A stretch of DNA of 64,000 bases from Eledone cirrhosa (lineage: Eukaryota). Positions within the stretch are counted from its first letter, which is position 1. Every line of letters begins with the position of its first letter. The stretch spans positions 373,116,001 to 373,180,000 of the forward strand of contig OZ024743.1 in assembly GCA_964016885.1 (NCBI GenBank), read 5' to 3'. The notes beneath the pieces were generated by a model, which did not search any database, had not been told where the DNA came from, and was given only the letters and a program-made list of their open reading frames with translations. Positions 55,801 to 64,000 of the stretch are shown here, piece by piece. A program made the position numbers and the translations under genes.

Positions 55801-56290
55801 TGTTATACATTCTTGTAAATCTTGGTAAAAAGCCATGATTGATTCCTGGCGACTATCTAAGGTTCTTTGATGAATGGTCAATGCTTTGTAGTTGTTCCAG
55901 TCATTTAGCGACTTCTGTCCAGACAACAAAACCTACTCCTCAATTCTTTTTCTCCTCATTTGGTTTCCATTTCCAGAATGTATAGCCAGCATCCCTTTCT
56001 AAAATATGACCTTTATCTCTAAGACAGGTTTCAGAGAGTGTGACTATATCAATATTATATCTTCTCAATTTTCTTCCTGCAATAGCAGATCTGCGTTCTG
56101 GGTTTGAGAATGATTCCCTAGCAAGAAGTGTTGTAGCATTCGATGTAGCAACATTCAATTTGATTCTAATCTTTTGAAAATTACTAATCTTGTGTATCCT
56201 GCTTGTATGAACAGCCATCAGTCACAGGTATCTGACCAGCTTGATGGTAGAACAGACATTGCTGGGGTCACCCTTTCTAGACACCTCTCA
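52900..56290 (-). pseudogene. Highly decayed BovB-like RTE LINE (APE endonuclease + RT), interrupted by later insertions
   Basis: PERRSAIAGRKLRRYNIDIVTLSET, LLLGDFN, IYKGKGSKSECSDYHGISLL, DLTKVFDIVNHSALW..LGCP, SFVYL..LDSEINHKI; boundaries approximate. Confidence 0.75.
53737..53946. repeat. 41-bp minisatellite, 5 copies
   Basis: Unit TTTAATATTTGTCAA(A/G)GATCAGTATTACACAGATCACTCCC. Confidence 0.95.
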
Positions 56291-56804
56291 AGATTTGGAG
56301 TAGTAGCGTAAAAAGTGCTGCTCAGTCTCTTAAGTGCCGAGACTGAGCAGCACTTAAGTGTACTCAATCTCAGCCCATGTCTCCCTTAAAAAGTGCTGCT
56401 CAGTCACAAAAGACTCTATCCAAGTCAGTTCATGCTCCCAAAACTAGTAATGATGTTAGATAAGACTTATGATCTGCATATGTTGTTGCAGGACTTTGAA
56501 CAGATATCTGCACAAGGAGATCAAAGCAACATGTGCTTATGCTACGCACACACCATCCTCTAAGTATCAATGGCCAGAATCCAATGCCAAGCAGACAGAA
56601 GATGATTAGTAGCTGTATCAACCATAAGTTTTTCCAGAGTGTACTCATAAAAAAAAGTTATCATCACATGCACACATATCTATCTATCTATTGCACATAT
56701 TATTTCTTGTTTTATATATATATATATATCCCTGCTCTGAGATTCCTACAGTTTTATGAAAAGTCATATATGTATATATATATAAATAGGGAGACACATG
56801 TTAC

Positions 56805-56849
<45 letters not shown>

Positions 56850-57482
56850 TACACACATAGTTTTACATATATATACATGCAGATACATACCTGTATATAT
56901 ATACATACAACAGAATTTATAAGTCAAATTTGCCGCAAAAGAGGCAAGTTTTCTGATGGCCTCCAGAAACATAAAACCCACAAAGCTGGGTGTGATTCAG
57001 GTGATCACACTTTGCTATCAATACCATCTAAACTCGACTGCAAAATTTACCAAAAAACCTTTTGCTCTATGCCTGGACTTAAAATCTACTTACAGGCTCA
57101 CAGGAGAAATCTTTCTATTTCTTAAAAAAAAAAAATTGTACACTCTAGAAGCAGTATTTTACTCATTCATTGAGTGACAACTATTATATATATCATCACT
57201 ATTTAACGTCCATTTTTCCACACTAGCATGGGTATACACACACACACACATATATAGATATAAATTAAATTAAATCTGCCTTCCTAACAACAACTAATCT
57301 CTGACTGGTCCTTTAAAACCTTTACAGGGATACTCCCTTGCTAATGGGTTTTTAAACCGGAAAATATCTGGGATAATTAAATTTGCTAAGGTAAAATTCT
57401 ATTGCTATCTTGGCACCTTTAATTTTCTAATGCATTGTATGGCTTTTAAAATTATTTGAATTTATATATATATATATATATA

Positions 57483-57650
57483 AATAATTGTTTCTACTTT
57501 TGGCACAAGGCCAGCAATTATCCAGTGCATTACTGGTACTTTATTTTATCGACCCCGTAAGGATGAAAGGCAAAGTTAACCTCGGCGAGATTTGAACTCA
57601 GAATGGCAAGGGCCATAACTCTATACATCAAAGCATGGTGTCCGACCCTC
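57483..57650 (-). mobile_element. SINE of the 40.5-kb family, truncated by an RTE tail
   Basis: CTGGTACTTTATTTTATCGACCCCGTAAGGATGAAAGGC...TTTGAACTC. Confidence 0.75.
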
Positions 57651-57998
57651 TAACGAAAATACACCCCCGTCCCACTACTCCCACCCCATCCACACCACCT
57701 CTTTCGATGTAAACTTATGTTGGTACCACATCCAGTCCGAAATAAATGAGGTCGTGTAGGTGTCACAACAAAAAAACACACAGTCCACGCTGTAATGTGG
57801 CCATGTAGGTAACATGGTAAAAACCTCCCAGTCCACACTGTAAATGTGGTTGGTGTTAGGAAGGGCATCCAGCTGTAGAAAACCCGCCAGACAGTCCTAT
57901 GCTAGCAAGACAACCAATCTTGCCTCAAGTGGGAAAACTCCTGTCCAAACCCATGCAAGTGTGTAAGATGGATGTTAAACGATGATGATGATGATGAT
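57648..57998 (+). mobile_element. RTE family A 3' UTR fragment
   Basis: Matches 31768-32131; (GAT)n tail. Confidence 0.8.
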
Positions 57999-58054
57999 GG
58001 TTGTCACTCAATGAATGAGTAAGACACTTCTTGATTGTGTGAATACAAGGGGCT

Positions 58055-58413
58055 GAAATGGGGTTCCTCTGAAGGGTCTTTGGAGTAACGTTACTTGATT
58101 GAGTGCATAGCTCAGAGATCTGAGTCACTCTAGGTAGAGCTGCTACCTCTCCAATGGGGCAATGGGGATGTGGTTAGAAGGTCTCAGGAAAGAAATGCTG
58201 GACAGATTTTATGGGCAAAAAAAAACTGGCAGGAAACCCAGGGGTAGACCCTGAGCAAAATGGTTGGATAACATCCATGAGCTTGGTTGGTCTCGCTTAG
58301 GGATCCAGCTGGATCAGTTGGAGACGGTTGCTTCTGACAGGGCCCGCTGGAAGGAGTGTTTCAGGACCTTTGCCTCATGACCCTCTCAGTCAAGAAGAAG
58401 AAGAAGAAGAAGA
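58055..58413 (+). mobile_element. RTE 3' end with (GAA)n tail
   Basis: Remnant MGFL*RVFGVTLLD..GRKPRGRP..WLDNIHELGW. Confidence 0.65.
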
Positions 58414-59559
58414 CATACATACATACATATTGTTGTTTGAGTGTGAATTTGTAATTTCGAAAGGATGGGCCCTTGATATATAAACAGAAGAATTTTATGT
58501 TACTTAATATGGCGATAACTGAAAAAGCATATAGAGTCGCACCCCCAATGCCTGGTTACACCAGTTGCGGGTGAAGTGAAGGTTTTGGTTGTTGTGGAAG
58601 AAGATGATAAGCCTGACAAATACCAATAATTCTGGTTGAATTTAAATCTTTACTTCACTTCAGTAAAAAGGAAAAAAATATGATTACTTTGATCCATAAA
58701 TATAAAGTTTGATTATAATATTCACAAATGAATATAGTGTTCAATAAGGCTTCTGTGTTGTGTGGGAGTCTCTTTGTTTATCATGCGATGTTCCCTTAAA
58801 AAGTGACAAGTTGTAGTCAGACAGTATGTATCAGCAGAGGTAGTAGTAAATTCTATTATGGTGAAGTTGCGTTGTACAAGTGCAGTGGCAAGGAAATTGT
58901 GTTGTCTAGGAGAAGAGGCAGATCACTGAGAGTTGTTGAAGTGCTAATGGAAGAATTGCTGTTGGGCTCTTGTTGAGGGGGGTGGAATGTTTGGCTAAGT
59001 GCTGCATCTCTCTGCTTGCTAGAGCAACTCCATATGATGTCTCCTTCCTGACAGGCAAGAGCAGAATGTGTGTAGAAGCTAGTTAACTTCTGATAAACTG
59101 TAAATGACTCTCCTCTCCAGACTGGGAGATGCTGGATTTTGAAACAAAAGAAAATGACCAACGTATTACCCAGAGGTCAGCATATGTGGTCACACTGACC
59201 TACTTTGCTAACATCAGAACAAGAGTTTAGATTACATCTACACGGAAACATAATGATGATGGTGATGATAATGATGATGTTGATATTATATATATCCACT
59301 GTTTAACGTATTGTGTACATTCTGAATTAAAGATTCGTATTTACAAGATGTGATTTCTGTAAATTCATAGGCTATACATAATTTAAATGTATAACTTATA
59401 GTTAATTATATATATATATTAGTTTTTGTTTAAAAAAAAGATTATTACTTCTCTCACTAGCTCTTTTTGATTATCAACTGTAAGGAGTACTCGATACTTT
59501 CCTTAATCTGGCATGGCTTACTAGCTCTATACGGACGTTTAAATTAAATAATTAAATAA

Positions 59560-60016
59560 ATAAATAATTATTTCTACTTTTGGCATAAAGCTGGCAATTA
59601 TCCCAGTGTGTTACTGGTACTTTATTTTATCGACCTCGTAAGGATCAAAAGGCAAAGCTAACCTCGGCAGGATTTGAACTCAGACCATAAAGAGCCGTAA
59701 TTCTTTTCTGCAAAGCATGGCGTCCGACCCTCTACCGATACTGCCAATCCACCCAATAAATAATTGTTTCTACTTTTGGTACAAGGCTAGCAATTACCCA
59801 GTGCATTACTGGCACTTTATTTTATCAACCCCAAATAATTGTTTCTACTTTTGGCACAAGACCAGCAATTATATACAGTGTATTACTGGTACTTTATTTT
59901 ATCGACCCTGTAAGGATGGAAGGCAAAGTTAACTTCGGCGGGATTAGAACTCAGATCATAAAGGGACGTAATTCTATGCTGCAAAGCATGGTGTCCGACC
60001 CTCTACTGCCAATCCA
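59560..60016 (-). mobile_element. Tandem cluster of SINE copies (two long, one short)
   Basis: Repeated AATAATTGTTTCTACTTTTGGCACAAG...CTGGTACTTTATTTTATCGACC. Confidence 0.75.
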
Positions 60017-62304
60017 ATAATACTATGCGATTAGTACGCTGAACAAAACATCTTGAGGCATTTGATTGTACTCTGGCTATGGTTTTTTGGTTAGCTTTGC
60101 CATTTCACATTACGATGGTGATAAAGTAATTGGTAATAGTTAACTGAAAGTCCTTGAATACTGTGCGACAGAATGGACGCCGTTCAATGAATGAAACCAG
60201 CAAAAGAATAAATGTAAAACATTCTAACGCAAGGGAGATAACCTCTTTAATTAGTAAGGTACCACCAATTATAGAATTCTCTCCCATTGACCGAATAATA
60301 ATTATTGACATTTCTGTGCTGGTCGCCATTGAAACTGCCGTTTTCTTTTCTTTCAAATCGGGACAACGGCATCACACCCGAAGAGGAACATGGCGAAGTG
60401 GAATGTCTGACGTAGGTGATATTTCTCGGAGTTCTCCATATATTGATTTCCACACACTCTCACAAACTTACATTTAAAATCAATCAAGTTCCCGTAACTC
60501 ATGCAGGCAGTAATTAGGGTGTCACTCCAGATGGTTCACTGTCTTCATCATGGCATTTCAATGGAATTTAGAAATGCTTGGTGGTGCCCACCTCTTCTCC
60601 AAGCATTCAGTCACTTACTAACTTTAGCCTGCCATCATAAACAGTTCTCAAGATGTGAATGAAAAACGCCCCGGAGCCAAAAGGGAGTGTCAGGTGAGGA
60701 CCGTCTTCCCATTCGAAGCAGGTAAATCCCTCATCTGGGACGCCACCTATTGTGGCACGGTCTCCGCCTTCAAACACTGGTATTGCGGCTCGCAATGCAG
60801 AGGACAGGAAGACAAATAAATACCGGGGCTTGTTTGGCTGCTTCCTCTTCGCATTGGTCGCCGTTGAGACCTCGGACTATAGCGAGGGCTTTTGATGGTC
60901 GAGTTGGTTAGTTGATTGTGTTGTGGTGTTGATTCGTTTGTTGCGTGTGTGCTGACATGTAGCTTGTTGTGGTCACTGTTGTGTGATACAGTGTGACCAG
61001 AGGTTGCATGTGTACAGGTAAGTGAGTACGCGTTCAATAAGATGATGATGATATGATAGTTCCTTGATCACGCAGGAAATGAATATATATAAATGAACCA
61101 CGATGACACCAAACCGCTATATTATTAATTTATTGAAATTAGCTCACGCCGAAGCTATACGAAAAATAGACAAGAACTATGTACGTTATTTGTTTGTTTA
61201 TAAGTAGAATGAAATTGTATTACCAAGAAAACTTCATGAACTTCACTGGCTTGGTTAAGAGAGAGACCAAGCGATAGAGATTGAGTGAAAGAGAGAGAGA
61301 GGGAGAGAGAGAGAGAGAGAGAGTCTGTAAGACCCCAAAAGGGTCTGTAGGAAGCAATAGTTCACATGTTCACCCTCTCAAGAACCGCTTCGAACTGCTG
61401 CCTGTGCTGGTCTAGGGCAGGCTATTTATCTATATCACTTCCTCTGTTCCCAAACCTTGAAAACAAAGGACAGACCTGTTGACGCCCGAAAGGACATATG
61501 CCAAAAAATGACCGTTAAATGTCACCCAGGGGACGAGGTGTGGACAGATTTCGCTACAGGACTCTGTACTGCCGAGCTCCGCCACAAAATCGGAACGTCA
61601 GCAACCCGTCTGAGGTGGTGTAGCTGTTGCAGTGAGTGTCGTTGGTCAGTGGGTGTGCAGCCCAAACACCACCCTGCCCTAGGCATATCACCCTTTCCTT
61701 TTCTTCTGTGGCCCTAGAGTCCTTGCTTTTTCCCTCCTTTCCGTTTCATTTATGGCACTTATAGACCTTTCCTCTACATCCAGATCAGCCCTTCTCCTTT
61801 TTTCTCATTATCTAATTTTATTTTTATCTTTGTTTTTAATATTTATGTAATTATCAATGGTTTTTAAGCCAACTTTGTGAGTGAAACACATGTATTGAGA
61901 ATAAACATATATTTTATATTCCCAATAAAGTAATTGTTTACATCCCTAATGATATTGCTGTCAAACATCATTGCATTCTGTACACCACTGATAGTTCACC
62001 TTGCGCATGCTCAACCGGATATTGATTATATTCTGCTTCTGCCATTGTTAAAGAAATGTCTTTCGTTATTTCCAATCGAATCACATCTGACTGTAGAATA
62101 ATCTATTATATATAGCATAAAACAAGTTTTTGAAAAGCAGATATATTTATTTATATAGAGAGGGAGAAGGAAAGAGAAAATACTCGTAATTATTCTCCAT
62201 TCGGCATCATAATCGACCACCATCACTGAGGTATTTTATGTTAAAGTTGTTTACTTTATTCAATCGTCTTTTCTTCGGGTATTATTAATAGCAAATTAAT
62301 TAAG

Positions 62305-62474
62305 GGGCGGTGGATTGGCAGTACCGGTAGAGCGTCAGACACTATACTTTGCAGCATAGAGTTCTGAGTTCAAATCCCGCCGAAGTTACCTTTGCCTTTC
62401 ATCCTTACGGGGTCAATACCAGTAATACACTGGTTTAATTGCTGGCCGTGTGCCAAAAGTAGAAGCAATTATTA
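62305..62474 (+). mobile_element. SINE of the 40.5-kb family
   Basis: GGCGGTGGATTGGCAG...GAGTTCAAATCCCGCC...GCCTTTCATCCTTACGGGGTC. Confidence 0.75.
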
Positions 62475-62612
62475 ATGGAAAATTCCTATTAAAGTGAAAA
62501 CAAAATCAATCGATCCGGTATACTGGATGTTTTGATTAAACGATTATTATTATTAACGAAATGAATGAAAGAAAAAGAAAGCTTAACATATGTAGGTCTG
62601 CAAATATAAAAC

Positions 62613-63788
62613 TGAGGTGTCAGGTGATGCCCGTGAGGCTGCTTGGTTGTTTCAGCACCTTAGCCTCACAGACACTTAGCCTTGCCATCACCTAGGCTTA
62701 CTGAGGTGTCAAGTGATGCCCGTGAGGGTGCTTGGTTGTTTCAGCGCCTCAGCCTCGCCATCACCCAGCCTTACCGAGGTGTCAAGTGATGCCCGTGAGG
62801 GTGCTTGGTTATTTCAGCGCCTCAGCCTCGCCATCACCCAGCCGTACCGAGGTGTCAAGTGATGCCCGTGAGGGTGCTTGGTTATTTCAGCGCCTCAGCC
62901 TCGCCATCACCCAGCCGTACCGAGGTGTCAAGTGATGCCCGTGAAGGTGCTTGGTTGTTTCAGCGCCTCAGCCTCGCCATCACCCAGCCTTACCGAGGTG
63001 TCAAGTGATGCCCGTGAGGGTGCTTGGTTATTTCAGCGCCTCAGCCTCGCCATCACCCAGCCGTACCGAGGTGTCAAGTGATGCCCGTGAGGGTGCTTGG
63101 TTGTTTCAGCGCCTCAGCCTCGCCATCACCCAGCCGTACCGAGGTGTCAAGTGATGCCCGTGAGGGTGCTTGGTTGTTTCAGCGCCTCAGCCTCGCCATC
63201 ACCCAGCCTTACCGAGGTGTCAAGTGATGCCCGTGAGGGTGCTTGGTTATTTCAACGCCTCAGCCTCGCCATCACCCAGCCTTACCGAGGTGTCAAGTGA
63301 TGCCCGTGAGGGTGCTTGGTTATTTCAGCGCCTCAGCCTCGCCATCACCCAGCCGTACCGAGGTGTCAAGTGATGCCCGTGAGGGTGCTTGGTTATTTCA
63401 ACGCCTCAGCCTCGCCATCACCCAGCCTTACCGAGGTGTCAAGTGATGCCCGTGAGGGTGCTTGGTTATTTCAACGCCTCAGCCTCGCCATCACCCAGCC
63501 TTACCGAGGTGTCAAGTGATGCCCGTGAGGGTGCTTGGTTATTTCAACGCCTCAGCCTCGCCATCACCCAGCCTTACCGAGGTGTCAAGTGATGCCCGTG
63601 AGGGTGCTTGGTTATTTCAACGCCTCAGCCTCGCCATCACCCAGCCTTACCGAGGTGTCAAGTGATGCCCGTGAGGGTGCTTGGTTATTTCAACGCCTCA
63701 GCCTCGCCATCACCCAGCCTTACCGAGGTGTCAAGTGATGCCCGTGAGGGTGCTTGGTTGTTTCAGCGCCTCAGCCTCGCCATCACCC
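62613..63788. repeat. GC-rich 73-bp tandem array: about 15 near-identical units from 62703 plus one diverged 90-bp lead unit
   Basis: Unit GAGGTGTCAAGTGATGCCCGTGAGGGTGCTTGGTT(A/G)TTTCA(G/A)CGCCTCAGCCTCGCCATCACCCAGCC(T/G)TACC. Confidence 0.97.
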
Positions 63789-64000
63789 GTGGTAATATGA
63801 GCGTCCGTTGACTCTTGTGTGTGACCGATTGTCCCATTTAGTGGTGAACTGATGGTAGTTTTGTTTAATCTTATATATGGAAGTATTCTATATATTATTT
63901 GTGTTTATTTTCATTCTGTAAGAAATATAAATAACTTGTAGTGTTATTTATACAATTGTGAATTTACAGAAGAAATAAATAGAAAAATATATTTAGCCCA

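Noticed and set aside
60105-61037. Short ORFs in unique-looking sequence
   Set aside because: No recognisable domain or consistent exon structure in the frames examined
62732-63811. Thirteen 67-aa ORFs and a CRISPR-like appearance
   Set aside because: Artefact of a 73-bp period (not a multiple of 3); no unique spacers, no cas genes, eukaryotic context

Overview
AT-rich animal genomic DNA, probably a cephalopod such as Octopus (inferred from the repeat content, not verified). It consists almost entirely of retroelements embedded in long (TA)n microsatellites, with one 200-N gap. I found no host protein-coding exon; there is one possible promoter and non-coding first exon near 38.3-38.4 kb. 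The elements are: many 5'-truncated RTE-clade LINEs whose RT carries an inserted PHD-type finger; one CR1-clade LINE; a decayed BovB-like RTE; tRNA-derived SINEs; and two different Penelope-like elements (PLEs). One PLE is a Hydra-like copy between 1.5-kb pseudo-LTRs with a TGA at a conserved Cys; the other is a 5.66-kb palindrome of two intact RT/GIY-YIG ORFs. The main hidden signal is a set of small, ORF-less fold-back or tandem islands inside (TA)n, most carrying a type I hammerhead ribozyme (HHR). By eye I folded about 9 distinct HHR sequence families (about 15 copies), including U3-A8 core variants, very long stems II/III and a tandem retrozyme-like unit. All folds were done by hand and need covariance-model and in vitro confirmation.
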